Below are positions 27,601 through 40,884 of a stretch of 64,000 nucleotides of DNA, piece by piece; positions within the stretch are counted from its first letter, which is position 1; each line of letters starts with the position of its first letter. The notes beneath the pieces are model-generated. The model saw nothing but the letters and a program-made list of their open reading frames with translations. It was not told the origin of the DNA and searched no databases. The stretch is taken from NCBI GenBank assembly GCA_951406725.2, contig OX597816.1, positions 125,178,001 to 125,242,000 of the forward strand, written 5' to 3'. A program made the translations under genes and the position numbers. This stretch comes from Octopus vulgaris (taxonomy: Eukaryota).

Positions 27601-29384
27601 AGACTGTTGACAAACAAGTTATACTCTTTTCATGTTAAGAGTTTTCTGTTTTTCTCTTGAGTATGTAGAATTGATATCGTTTTTTTCTTTTAGCAATCAT
27701 TTAGAGGATAGCCTTAATCTGATTACCAGGTCATTAGAGGCTGTTGTCATAGAATCATGCGTATTTGCCTGACATTTTAGCAAAACAAAAATACGGTATT
27801 TTAATCAATCCCAAATGCATTCCATTATAAACAGCTTTAAATGGGTTAATGAGTTCTTTGTTAGTGAGTAATGTTGTTATTATTAAGTTTTAGGTACTTT
27901 GTTGAATCTAAAGTAATCTTTAGTGCAATAGCACTTCTATATACTGCATGTCATATGTACGTGTAAGCCCTGGTGATTTGGTTATCTACTTCACTTCGTA
28001 TTTTCATTCATTCAATTCCATGACCTTATTGTAGGAATTCTTTTTTGCTTTACAATTCTGATTATCTTTACTTCCAAATTTTTATAGTTGGTTAAGTTTG
28101 TTATATCTTCACTCATAAGCTGTCATATGATGGGACTTACTCTCTCCCAAACTAATTATTTTTTATTTCCCTGTTACAGTAGCATTTTCATTGTGTAAGA
28201 TATTTGTCTGGTGTGTGTTTATTCAATCATTCATTTATCAGTATTTTATAATGCAAATATAATTTTAGGACTGTAGAAAACCTAATTCTTGCAGTGCATA
28301 GTTTTTGAGTTTACTATAATAATGTGTTCCACTGAACAAGAAACCCACACATTGTAGGTAGACGGTATCGAATATATACATTTAAATATTTCCCAAACAT
28401 TTAATCCAGTAAAGATGGAAGCTTCGAAGACCAAGGTTGTCTCGTTATTGGCATCATTCTTTTAACCTATCATGTAAAGAAATGTTTTTTCATTTGTAAT
28501 ATGTATTTTGAAGCAAAATGTTTCTTTGTTAGCTAGTACTATGAAGCAGTTTCAATCTGCATTAAAATTATTTCATCTTATAATTACGTCAAAGAATATT
28601 TTGAGGTCATAAATGCCACACTTTGATCCTCATATGCTTTTGTATATGGATGAATTATAAAGCAGAATTTCTTTGTTTTCATTTATTCTATGCTAAACTT
28701 TTGAATGTAGCAGATTTAAAGCAGCAGTCAATTATCTTATGTGGGTATTACTGTCTAATCTATAGAAAATTATTTTCTTAATTTTGTTAAGTTCATCTAT
28801 GTCTTGGAAAATTTTACGTTTAATTACGTTATATATACTAAACAACTTTCACGTGCATTTACTAATACAAATATGTATGTTTCTATAATGCGTGACTAAT
28901 TAACCAAACATAAACAGAATTAAACAAGTAATGAGGTAATGTTTCGTGTCTTTGAAATATATAATTTTTATTGCTTTTCAGGCAACAGGTTTAGGATTTA
29001 CACAAACATATATGTGCGCATGTATGTGAGTGTGTTCGTCTATGTATATATGTAAGCTTATTTTTCTTTCTATTTCAGATAGTTTCTGCGCTTAGAACTC
29101 TTAATAGAGTTTCTGTATAAAATGTATAGATGTGTGTGTGCATGTGTGTGCGTGTGTTTTTGCGCGCGCACGCACGCGCGTGTGTATGTTATATGTATAT
29201 AAATGAATCCAACACCGTATATGTATTTGAACTTGCTTTATTACAAAAGAAAATTTCGCATACATATTTAATAAGGTTTGAGATGATTCAAAAGCCATTT
29301 CAAAACGATCAGAAGTCTTTCCCGACCAATCGGCTCATAAGATCGGTTTCCCAGAGTCTGTGACTTTAATATTTCGCTTTTGGA

Positions 29385-29515
29385 CGAGCGCTGTTCCATT
29401 GCCCGATTGCTCACTTTTGCCGGGTGAGGGAACTAGAACAACGGAAAATGAAGTATTTTGATCAGGAACGCAATGCATCACCCTGTCCAGGAATCGAAAT
29501 CACAATCTTACGATC
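29385..29515 (-). mobile_element. partial tRNA-derived SINE
   Basis: B-box-like GATTTCGATTCC followed by a CORE-like body. Confidence 0.45.
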
Positions 29516-30589
29516 ATTCTGCCTAAAAAATGGATCTACAAAATTTTACATTTTTATCTTTTCCGTTTTCTTCCATAACTTCTCGTTAGCTGCGCTTTTC
29601 CTCCCTTTTCTTCTCCTTCTTATACAACTTATACTCAGATTTCATGATAATTTAATTATGTTACATAAGCTGAAGTGTGAAACGGAGTTTAAAGTCTTAA
29701 TAATATGCTACACCTGAGTATTTTCAGAGATAATTTTATGACAAGACTATCAACAACATTTTGTGTATTGATGACCTTAAATGTCATGTTCAGGCGACAA
29801 ATTATTGGAAACAGCGTTACATGAAGGAAACTATTTCGAAGGAATTGACAAGAAATTTGATTTCCAAGTGCTACAGAAGTAACATTGAAAGGGACAAAAT
29901 TATCACAAATACTTGATATCATGTTACATAACAATTAGAGTTTCAAGAAAATTATTGAACACAAACTTGCAAATTCTTAGAAATTGAAGTTGTAAACAAT
30001 GAAACATAAAAGTAAATTTTACTGAGGAATATTGTAGATGCATTAGTTTAATACTGAAAGCATAATTAAGTGGTAAAATGTAAAATAACAGTTGTAAATG
30101 CACAAGCTATTCCATAAATAATTCTATTATACTTCGTTTAATAACAAGACTATTAAAAAAACCATAATTTTGCAGTGCATTTAGAAAACACTATCTAAAA
30201 TCGAATCAAGTATTTTTTCCATGAAGCGCAATACCGAAAACATATACATATCAACAGTAGGACTACAGATATTTTTTCATAAATAGTTCTGAGATTCGTA
30301 TTAAAAGATGTTGCGGAAATTTTGTGTTGTATCGTGTTAGTAGAGTTATAAGTAAAGGGAAGTTTAGAGGGAACGCTACCGTAAAGAGCAAATAATAGCT
30401 CACATTTTTATTTTCAGTCCAGTTTTGGGGGATACGGGATATCTCAAAAAATCTATTAGTAAGGAGGGTCTGGTTGTAGTACGGTGCATGATTGGTAAAC
30501 ATGTTTTCATTAGCAGTGATTTTGGAGATCTTGATGAAAATACCTTTGGATAATGTTATCTAAAACAGATTTAGGGTGATTAGATGAGA

Positions 30590-30591
<2 letters not shown>

Positions 30592-30672
<81 letters not shown>
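30592..30672. repeat. (TA)n(GA)n microsatellite
   Basis: Directly visible. Confidence 0.95.
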
Positions 30673-30677
<5 letters not shown>

Positions 30678-32031
30678 TGTAACTGCCCTTTGATGCGCAG
30701 TTGCTTCCGCTTAAATGTGGGTAAATGGACCAGCACTAACCAACTCCGTCAAGGCTTTGATGCTGTTATTTGTACATCTGAGTTCTTTCTCTGATAGTAC
30801 CTGGAAACAATCTACCTCACTCAATACGTAGATACACCGCCTCAAGTCTGAGGATATATCCTATAACCTGTCGTGATCCATAATTTATGATGGAATTCCT
30901 TATACAAGAAATAGACCAACCCGTCAATTTTGTTGCTGTGAATCAACAATGCAGTCTTTCTTCAAATTTATTTCTCCAACAAAGCCTTTTCTCATTATCT
31001 TAAATCCTCATACTTCAACCGTAAGAACTATCATCTTTACAATTCTAGTTGTTTAACACCGTTACTCTCCTTCTCTTATCACCGTGCTATACGTTCCCTC
31101 CCACTTTTCTGATGTGTATTCCGCAGCCTTTACTCCATTCTTCACGTCGTCTTTATATTTATTTCTGTAGTCTCTACATATCTAAGCTACTGACATTTAT
31201 TCACAACGTACCACTTGTGTCCCGTATTACTGTCCACCCTTTGTCGGATCTCCCATTTCTATTGGTCATTTCCTCACCTTTACAATTTGCTTATCTTTCT
31301 ATCCTCTGGTTGCCCTCAGCTAATATCAACTAATGTCATCAAAGCATTAATTCCACTTTAATTACCCCAATTCTCTTCCCGCTCACTTCCTTCTGCACGT
31401 TTTTCTTACACTCCCACTCTACCCCTATCAGCAGGACTTCCTTCGAACCCATTTATTTCCACATGCTGCTACTAAATACACTTTTAGTTGAAATCTTCTT
31501 AGAGCAACATGGCTTCGCTTCTCGGTTCTATAAGAAGTTGTGTCTTTCCATACACCTGCGACATTATACGTATTACATAACAAACGTAGTTATTACGTAT
31601 ACACATTTATATATACTTACCTATTTTTATATGCATATATGCCCATATATAAACATATACACAAGTAATACATATGTGTGAGAGTATGTGTAGTATGTGT
31701 CTTTGTGTGTGTATGACTATGTGGAGGGGGTGTATGTGTGTTCTGATACCTCATTATAACAGCTGCCATCATATATCAGGTTGTTTGAATTTCATGTCAG
31801 GAATCATCAGACTGGTTTATGAAATCCATTCATATCCAGTCAGAAGGACAGAAATATGTAATTCTAATAAACAGATGTAAGGTGTCAGTTTATATAACCA
31901 TGCAGAACTATCATATGCTATTGAGTGCTGTTTTACCATTCTTGCTTTAACACGCCCGCTGGCGCGCAAACAAACGCTCCTACATAATTTTCGTATGTAT
32001 ATGTGTGTCTTTGTGTGTGTGTCTTTGCGTG

Positions 32032-32079
<48 letters not shown>

Positions 32080-33492
32080 TATGCACATGTGTGTGTATGT
32101 GTGTGTGCGTATTTGTATATAGAGAGAAAGGCACACTATACGCGCGTCTTATTCTTATCTTTTTCATCTCAGTTAACTGTTATTCTCAACATATAAACAA
32201 GCAAACTGAAATGCTCTTTTCGAATCAATATTTTATCAACACACAATTGACGGTTTTTATGCTATGCCAAAGAAGAAAGCAGTACTATAGAAACATTTTG
32301 CATTAGTCAAATTTTCTGAATGTTTTTCTTTTCGGCTTGATTTCATTATTTTCTTCGTTCTTTATATTGTTTTCCTATATGTTTTTATTAATCATCTCTT
32401 AAATCTTTTTGGATTACCTTTTAGTTATGTTAGTGTTTGGAAATTTTAATATTTTTCATTCTTATGATTTTATATGTGAAGCATTTCATTCCTCTGTTAT
32501 TCCAACTTTATTTGTAACATACGTGACAAATTTTGGAATATTTGAGTCTTAATGGTGAATATTTCGATATTTATTGCTTAACTAATATTCTACAATGATC
32601 AGATAATTCAAATCTGATAACCGTATTGTTTCTGAGTACATATTATTAATTTATATTTTGATAAAATATATGTATGATATATTATAAAATCTAGAATATA
32701 TCCTATATTTAATTGCGAGTTAATTTCCCTAAGAATGCGTTGCTATATATATATATTTAAAACCTGCATTGAAAGGATTTTAAAAGCTGGTTGTTATTTC
32801 CTGTTTCATGATGTTAAGAGGATATCCAGCTAATTCGATAATTTTGCGCCTCTATAAATATTTCAATCAGCCTAACTAGTTAATATCCATGCTTGTTTAT
32901 ATAGATTTACGAAATTAACATATTTGGTGGATCGTAATTCACTGAATTCACACTAAATCTCGCCGTAGTCTAGTAACAATTATTTTATTTTTGTTCAATA
33001 TGTCGTGGGTGAGATGTTAGATTTGTTCAGTACTCAAGTGAGGAAGTTAAACTGGTCAGCCGAGAGACACTATTAGATATGCTAACATATAAATTCGTGT
33101 AGATATTCTAACGTATAAATCGATCGATTATCTCCTACTACCTGCAATTTCCTAAGGGATCTAATTCGTAAAAGGTAATCTGCATTGCAATACTCTAGTA
33201 TTTACTTAACAATGATTTTATCATGCTATACCTGTATAGTCAACAAGGTCACAATTTTCTATCCCAAGTTAACATTATGCTATTATGGATAACCAACAAC
33301 ACTTTTAGCCTATATTTCTTTTAATTTTTAATGGGTTATTTCAATTTGTAACATCGGTTCATTAGTCTGAGCTTGACTTTGCTTTGAATCCTTTTGAGGT
33401 CGATAAAATCGGTACTAGTTGTACACTGAGGTCAAAGTCCTACGAAATTGCTGGCCTTAACTTCCATTTAAAATCTATATTGGGTCATTGCT

Positions 33493-33712
33493 AAGGAGGT
33501 GAGCTGGCAGAATTGTTAGCACGCCAACCGCTATGCTTGGTGGCATTTCTTCTGTCTTTACGTTCTGAGTTCAAATTTTGCCGCGGTCTACTTTGCGTTT
33601 TACACCATTGGGGTCGGCAAAATAAGACCCAGTTGAGCACTGGGGCCAGCGAGATCGACTTACGCCTTATCTCGAAATTGTTGCCCTCGGGTCGAAATTC
33701 GAAACAATATTG
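33493..33712 (+). mobile_element. SINE family A
   Basis: AAGGAGGTGAGCTGGCAGAATTGTTAGCACG...GAGTTCAAATT...GGGGTCGGCAAAATAAGACCCAG. Confidence 0.85.
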
Positions 33713-34091
33713 GTTCATTAGCACCAGACATTGTGATTTTACAAACCTCCCAAATTTATTTGATCATTTACATCATTCCCACCCGTGACGCAACTGATTC
33801 TATGTATTGTGTATTTGATAGTAGATTTATAACAATTGTGTAGCTTGTTTCGCTATCCGTTGATCTTTCCAGAAATCCAGTATATTGAGAGTTTATATAT
33901 TTTCTGGTCTCATTAATTTTATATTTTATATAACATCTAGACGTATTGCTTGAAATCATATATAGACATGTTCCTCCAAATTTTCTAGTTTGTTAGGTGT
34001 CAGTATTTATTTTTTGCAAGATGGAGAATTTTCTTTATTTTTTCCAAATTACAAGCAATAGATGTAGTAGCTATTCGTCCCACATCCACTG

Positions 34092-34144
<53 letters not shown>

Positions 34145-34153
<9 letters not shown>

Positions 34154-34914
34154 AGACTGAAAAAAACGTTTGTTTGACTTGACCGCTTGGATCGCTTTCA
34201 AGGCCACTACACCCCGTCGGATTGACTCCAAAATTTACAGGGACATGTAAAATGAGGTGACGATGCCCGTGGACTACGTCAGAAATCCCTATCTTAAAAG
34301 GTGTCGTTGCTAGGGCCGAAAACCCACTTTGACAAGTCCACTCCTATTCTTTAATGTATCTGTCTTCCTCAATCACGCTATTTCCTCCCTTCCCAGAACT
34401 TTTTCACTTACTCTATTTCCTACCTTCCCATCACTTTCACTTCGTCAAACGGCGTTCTTTATCTCGCTGTTTGCATTCATAGAGAGAATTATCATCGCCA
34501 CAACCACCACAAAATCATGAGAACAAATATTATGAATCTCGCCATCGCATTCTATTGTCTGCCTGTCAACGCGCCGATGGAGCAAATACAAACAAAACAC
34601 GCCAACGAGCGTTCGTGTTCTGGTGATAACGTAGGTTTTTGTATCTATTACATTTTAACATTTATTTAGAACCCTGCAAATTTTTCGTGCTAAATTTTCA
34701 TTTGTTACTACTTTATTATTTTTTCTTAAATTGATGCTTTTATTAAAATTAATTCTAATTGTCTGGGTCAACAGTTCGTTTCCTCGGAGGATATGGAAAT
34801 TCCTATTACCCGTCAGAGAAATAACTCCAGCAGCTCACAACTATTTGAACAAAGACAAGGTTACCTGCTTACCAGTCGAATTCAGCGTTAACGCTCACGT
34901 ATGACAGAGACTCC

Positions 34915-35004
<90 letters not shown>

Positions 35005-35796
35005 TACATATAATGTGTGCATTATGTGGTCGGTTGAGCTGAAAATATGCACACCTATGTTAAAAGTGCTGGCAAGTTTGCATGACAACTATTTTTCTTC
35101 CTCAAATGAAAGGCGTGACCTCTAGGACAAAATTCCTCATCTTATAAAATGTGGGTTATATTAACCAAAATGTGAAAAGGGGTCTAAATGGGGCTGGAAG
35201 GGGATTAAAATTTAAAGGACCGGGTGTTTAGCAATTCTCTGTTACATCAAGCTAAAAAATTTGCGCCAGCCTTTTAATCGTCAATGTGTTGCCGTCCATG
35301 ATGAAGAAGTTTTGAATGCTTGCCATCGTGAGTCTACTGTCGTGAGAAACAATCAATTCAAAACTTGGTGTTTAGGGATTTTCTTTTACATCAAATTCAA
35401 AATTTTACGCCAGCCGTTAAACTGTCAATACGTTGCTGTCCGTCGTTAAGAAAGGCCAGCCATGGTGACTCTACTATCCTCAGATTCTATCCCTTCAAAC
35501 TTTGGTTTTCAATATTTTATTATTTTTATCAAGCTCGCAAGTTCGTCTGTCCCTTTTAAATGTTAGTGTTTTGCTGTCTGCCTTGAAGCAGACCTTTCCG
35601 TTGTTACTGCCTGATATTTATGATTGATCTTCCTAAATATTTTATTTCTCAACTTACTCAAGATCTTTTGTTGTTTATAAATGGGAGAGAGATAGATAAA
35701 GATAGAGAGTAACAGAAAGCGAGGGAGAGTCCGAGAGAAAGGAAGAGTAAGAGAGTTGGAAAGAGAGAGAGAAAGGAGAGAGAAACAAAGAGGGAG

Positions 35797-35827
<31 letters not shown>

Positions 35828-36187
35828 GCTTAACGTCCGTTTTCCGTGCTAGCACGTGTTGGACAGTTTAGCCGGTGTCTGGGAAGCCAGCAGGCTGCAC
35901 CAGGCTCAATTCTGATCTGGCAGTGTTTCTACAGGTGGATGCCTTTCCTAACGCCAACCACTCTGTGAGCGTAGTGGGTGCTTTTTTCGTGCCGCCGGCA
36001 CAGGTGCCAGGGGGCTGGCAGCGGCCACGATCGGTTGATGCTTTTTACGTGCCACCGGCACAGAAGCCAGTCAAGGCGACGCTGCAATCCGCCACGTTCG
36101 GATGGTGCTTTTTACATGCTGAAAGGAAGCAACAGAAAGTAACAACCACACACTTACCCGCGCGTAGAGTGGGTCACCTTCAGCTAG
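34145..36187 (+). mobile_element. Helitron-like non-autonomous element(s), composite
   Basis: 3' hairpin ACCCGCGCGTAGAGTGGGT (36156-36174) then CTAG|T (36184-36187); TA-rich start with TATAAGACTG..GTTTGTTTG; internal ~140-bp diverged tandem repeats at 35223-35590. The 5' boundary is uncertain. Confidence 0.55.
35799..36120 (-). mobile_element. SINE-like element with (TGA)n tail and ~57-bp internal repeats
   Basis: GGTTGGCGTTAGGAAAGGCATCCA core; three GTGCTTTTTACGTGCCACCGGCAC-like units; (ATC)n at 35799-35827. Confidence 0.7.
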
Positions 36188-36453
36188 TATATATATATAT
36201 ATACACAGAAATGTACATGTGTCTACAAAGGGATATAGGAAAGCCTTCTTTTTTCAGTTGAACGCTTATATATCGTTATTAGACTATTTTCTTTAGTCAT
36301 TGCACGGTGATCGCCATAAGCCTTAAGCTTATATCAAAATACCATTATTATCCACAGGATGATAAAATACGCACTGTATAATAAAACTATTCGCACCAAA
36401 AGCATATATATATATACATATATAAATACACACACACACACATATATATGCGC

Positions 36454-36486
<33 letters not shown>

Positions 36487-37495
36487 AGCAGGTATGTCCT
36501 TTTCCAAGTACTTTAGAGTTTTATGTTTAATGTTTTCCTCATCTCTTATTGTTATTCGATTAGTTTATTTTAAATCTCCTTTTTCTTCTTTCTCTCATAT
36601 TATGCTGTCCATTCAAGGCTTTACTTCGCTACAAGCGGTAATTTTGTTCAACTTTGCTTCTGCACGAATTTCCTTAAGTAGCAAATAACCTCTAATATCA
36701 AGGTACTATACTTTGCCAAGCATTTGAAAATTACCTAATTTTGTTTAATGTATTTGTTGATGTTTTCTGACTTAACGAGGCATTAAAATTGTTGGAAAGA
36801 ATTACTTTTATTTCTTTTTGGTAAAGAGAATATTTTCCCTTCCCAATGTTATACTTTTTTCTCTATATGTATATCTATCCTTCTGGTTTTGCCTTTCTTC
36901 CTTAAAACTGTATTTAGCTTTGTTTTCGTTTTGTTATAGTGGGTTCGTTAAAGCTCTGAGAATGCGAAGCTTGATTTGAATTTTATTCGGATTAGCAAAA
37001 GAAGTATTGTGTGAAGTTTTCAATATTATCACCTTGTTGAGGAACATTTTATTCGCGTGCATTGAATAAGTTCAATGGGAGTAAACTGAATACATGTGCA
37101 GAAAAGGCAGTTCTCAGATTTTGGAGTATTACTCAACCTCATGATATTCGATGTTTTGAGAATCGATAACGCATATTCATAGTTTGCATTTCGTTAAAAC
37201 GGGTAATGAAAATACAGCAATCTTAGTTATTTGAATTGTATTAGATTATGGGAGATGACAATTAATCGTCATTAGATGAGGTATATTACGGAAAATCCTT
37301 ATTCCATAATTTTCCGTTCTAGAATAACAAAAAAAAAAAAAGAACCGGAATCTTCTAGTTAGATGGATGCTGATGAAGGAACAAAAAATCCTGAAATATG
37401 GTATATATGGCCATCACCTACTTTTTTCATCTTCGATCTCACTGTTTGTTTACATCTGATGTCTCAGATACGAAACGTCATAACAAAATCAGTAC

Positions 37496-37687
37496 ACCAG
37501 TTCTATATTTAAGAGATGAGGAATTATGTACACTATTTACATTGTTTACATTTGACACGGATATTTGTCCTCATCTTGTTTGTTGTTAACACGTTTGCCC
37601 ACGGGCATATGGCGTAGTGGTTAAGAGCGCGGACAACTAACCCCAAGATTCCGAGTTCGATTCCTGGCAGTGACCTGAATAATAATA

Positions 37688-37732
<45 letters not shown>

Positions 37733-37883
37733 TCGAAAAATACTTTAGGAATGAGAACCCAGGTTCGAAATTTCCCCAAGACACCTGATGAAGGATGGAG
37801 GGTATGTCAGCCGAAACGTAGTGTTAAAAACAAACATGATGAGGGAAAATATCCGTCAAATGTAAATAATGTAAATAATGTAT
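37496..37883 (+). mobile_element. family H, copy 2 (most complete): inverted tail, tRNA-like head, (AAT)n, hammerhead, tail
   Basis: TSD AAAATCAGTAC at 37485-37495 and 37884-37894; A-box TGGCGTAGTGG at 37610-37620; B-box GAGTTCGATTCC at 37653-37664; 37530-37592 is inverted to 37821-37882. Confidence 0.9.
37780..37825 (+). ncRNA. minimal type I hammerhead ribozyme
   Basis: GACAC-CTGATGA-A-GGaTGG..TCAGCC-GAAAC-GTA-GTGTT; one stem II mismatch. Confidence 0.7.
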
Positions 37884-37919
37884 AAAATCAGTACTGGCTA
37901 AAATTTCTATAGAAAACCT

Positions 37920-38805
37920 GCAGAGATGACATCTATCTCACCAATCTTCAGAGACCGCCTATCTGAATGAGGTTGCACAGCAGGCCCTTCGCACATATTT
38001 CACGAACATAGCTGTTGTAATCAATAGCTGTGCAGTGGTTCATCCCCAATTCTTCAATACAAAACTGGACTGAAGTTGTTTGACTCATGAGTAAAAAAAA
38101 AGCAGTATAGTCGTAAGAGGAAGGAAACCACCTTCCATAAGACTCGTTGCATCCTCTTCGTGATTACTGCCCGTAAATGTTTCCGCGAAGTATCTTCTTC
38201 ATACAATGTCCCTTTGTACATAAATTTCTTCCAGGGATAGCACCATTCTCTTGCAAGTAAGGAAGCGCATCCTCCTCGGTTTTCAATTTCAATTTCTCCA
38301 TCATACTAAAAAAGATAAACGAGTTGGCTGTGGTCATACGTCTATTCAGTTCGAAAAGATCCAGAAAACACACATTTCAGAATTACGAATAGAAGGTGAG
38401 GACAGGAAGTAAACATATCTTGTTTCTAGAAAACACACAGGTGAAAATGACAAAAATGAGGTAATACAAACCTTCAAAAAATATGCGCACGTCAAACGAA
38501 ATAGACAGGCAAAGAAAATACTCGTAGCTGTCGTAGTTTTAAGCAGATAACTGCCTAGTTTGTCTCAATGGAATCAGGCACCAGTGCGTCTCTGCCTGTT
38601 TCCATAGTAACAAATTAGCCTGTCGATTGGCTAAAATCACTCAAAATTTTAAAAAACTATTACCCTTTATTTACTAATTTATAACGAAATGAATTTACTT
38701 TCCATAATTAGCATACAAAACTATATCAGTGCACCAAATTTGAAAACAAGTGGAACAAAATTTATTTCAAAAATAGAACTGTGACAGTAACATAAATATG
38801 ATCCC
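37920..38805 (-). mobile_element. 5' part of a Merlin (IS1016-like) DNA transposon with decayed transposase
   Basis: Terminus GGGATCATATTT at 38805; TEEDALPYLQENGAI..CTKGHCM; CIEELGM..TAIDYNSYVREIC..QIGG..EID. Confidence 0.8.
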
Positions 38806-38943
38806 AACACAACAAAACAGTTCAGTAAACCGGACAACTTCATATACCAAATTTTTATTTCATGTATCAATGTTGACCATCAGGTTTTCTTGGAAGATTT
38901 TCAATTTCATATTGTGTATCTTGCCAATATTATCAATTTAAAT

Positions 38944-39105
38944 AAAGTGGTGAGCTGACAGAATCGTGAGTACGCCTGGTAAAATGCTTAACAGCCTTTT
39001 GTCCGACTTTACATCCTGAGTTCAGATTCTGCCGAAATCGATTTTCATCCTTTCGGAATGGGTCAAGGTAATTAACTTACCACTCCCTCAAAACTGCTGG
39101 CTAAT
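38944..39105 (+). mobile_element. SINE family A, deleted copy
   Basis: GGTGAGCTGACAGAATCGTGAGTACG head and TTTCATCCTTTCGG. Confidence 0.75.
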
Positions 39106-40099
39106 ATTATCAAAGGAGGTGAATGGGATTTGTCCTCTATTATTATGCTGGAGTCTTCAAAATGTTCATCTCATGTCGCTTGTTGTTCGGACAGATAGTA
39201 GTAGGCAGGAAAGTCTATCAAACAATATTAAACAATAATACTAGAGAAGTGGGAAATATGTCCACGGTGAAATAATAATAGTATTAAACAATAATAGTAG
39301 AGACGGGTGAAATACGTCCATAATAATAATCTTTGGTCTTATGCTCACATCATGATTTCAGTCCTCATCAGAATACTGACGTGGGATCGTGAAACAAACC
39401 ACGGAGGTGAATGAGTGAGGAACTTATATGTTCTCTATTAAATATTGTGAATTATTTTGCTTTGTTCATAGTATTAAATTACCCTCACTAACAAAAACCC
39501 ATTGCTAACTAAACACATGTATTCAAGTGTGTGTTTGTGTGCATTTGTATGCGTTGGTGTGCCTATGTATGTGTTTGTGCGCATGTGTGTATGGATATGG
39601 ATGTATGTGACTGTATGTGTGTACGTGTGAGTGTGAGTGTGTGTAAAATATTATTGTTGTTGCTTAACCCAGTTCAATTCGGAATGAAAAGCCAATAATC
39701 AAAAACGTTCCAGACTCAACTAATCGCTCATTATTTCAGTAAAAGGGCATAAAAAATTACTTTAGAACTATACATTTTTTACCTCGAAAGAAAGTAGGTT
39801 ATTGCATATGTCCATTCACCGACCACGAAAAATCGCGTTTCATTCCCAAGTTAGTGAGGGTCATCAATGCAAACTTTGTGATATTCAATGTTAGTGCCAG
39901 CTACGATCATTTTTGCTTTCTTTTTTTTTTGTCTTTTTTCCAATGAGGAAATGTTGGCGTTATTGAGCAAAATTATTTCTAGATGATGAATTATATGAAA
40001 CCACTTAGAGACAGAAGCATCAGTTGAGAAGAAATATACACGTAAATGCGTATTTATATACGGATAAATGTGTGTGCATGTATATGTCTATATATGTAC

Positions 40100-40139
<40 letters not shown>

Positions 40140-40249
40140 CCGTGTTTATGCATACATATATATGTATGTATATATATATATATATACGTGTGTGTCTATA
40201 TATATGTATATATATATATGGGTATAAATGTGTATATATATACACATAT

Positions 40250-40280
<31 letters not shown>

Positions 40281-40530
40281 GTGGTCGTATACTGTCAACT
40301 CAATGTGACAGTCCCGTGAGGGAATTACACCACCGCCATTTAGCCCTAGGAAACATCGACGTCTCCTGTCGGCTTTGACACATTTTCTGTGTCCTTATAT
40401 TTGCAAAGGGGAGGCAATCACCTCCGCAAGCCGGGACAAGGCACCTGAAGACATATGTTTCTGAGTGTATTGCTCATCGTCAGTTCAGGGTAGCCTGCCT
40501 CGCTCACTGAGATGACCGCAACCTCTCTGC

Positions 40531-40533
<3 letters not shown>
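40281..40533 (-). mobile_element. ~250-bp hammerhead-bearing element (retrozyme/PLE-derived) inside (TA)n
   Basis: GC-richer non-coding island flanked by (TA)n on both sides, containing a canonical HHR. Confidence 0.75.
40444..40489 (-). ncRNA. type I hammerhead ribozyme, intact core
   Basis: CCTGAA-CTGACGA-TGAG caataca CTCA-GAAAC-ATAT-GTC-TTCAGG; 6-bp stem I, 4-bp stem II, palindromic stem III. Confidence 0.88.
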
Positions 40534-40587
<54 letters not shown>

Positions 40588-40884
40588 TAGTCAATTCAAG
40601 CATATCCTCATTAGGGATTATAAATCCAAAATTTTACTGGTATAATCTTCATTATATTAGAAGAGTTTTCTATTGTGTTTTTTTTGAAAATACATTTGTA
40701 TTTATATCTTAACAACAAGTATTTGTTATTAGAAGTATTATAAGACGTAGGAAGGTCAGACTTGTGTAGGGTGAAAGATTGCAAAGAAAAAAGCACTATA
40801 GAAGAAATTGAAAACGAATGAAACAGAAAATAGTTGGGTAAAGGAGATAAGGTATGGTCAAATTCAAAGGATGCTGAAGATATA

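Noticed and set aside
35223-36120. Spaced repeats resembling a CRISPR array
   Set aside because: Whole units, including the supposed spacers, are homologous and diverged; they lie within eukaryotic TEs and there are no cas genes
37456-37480. CTGATGT..GAAACGTCA beside the family H insertion as another hammerhead
   Set aside because: A9 is missing and neither stem I nor stem II pairs convincingly
37603-37676. Functional tRNA gene
   Set aside because: Acceptor and T stems pair poorly, and it is part of a repeated element with a TSD; treated as a SINE-type head
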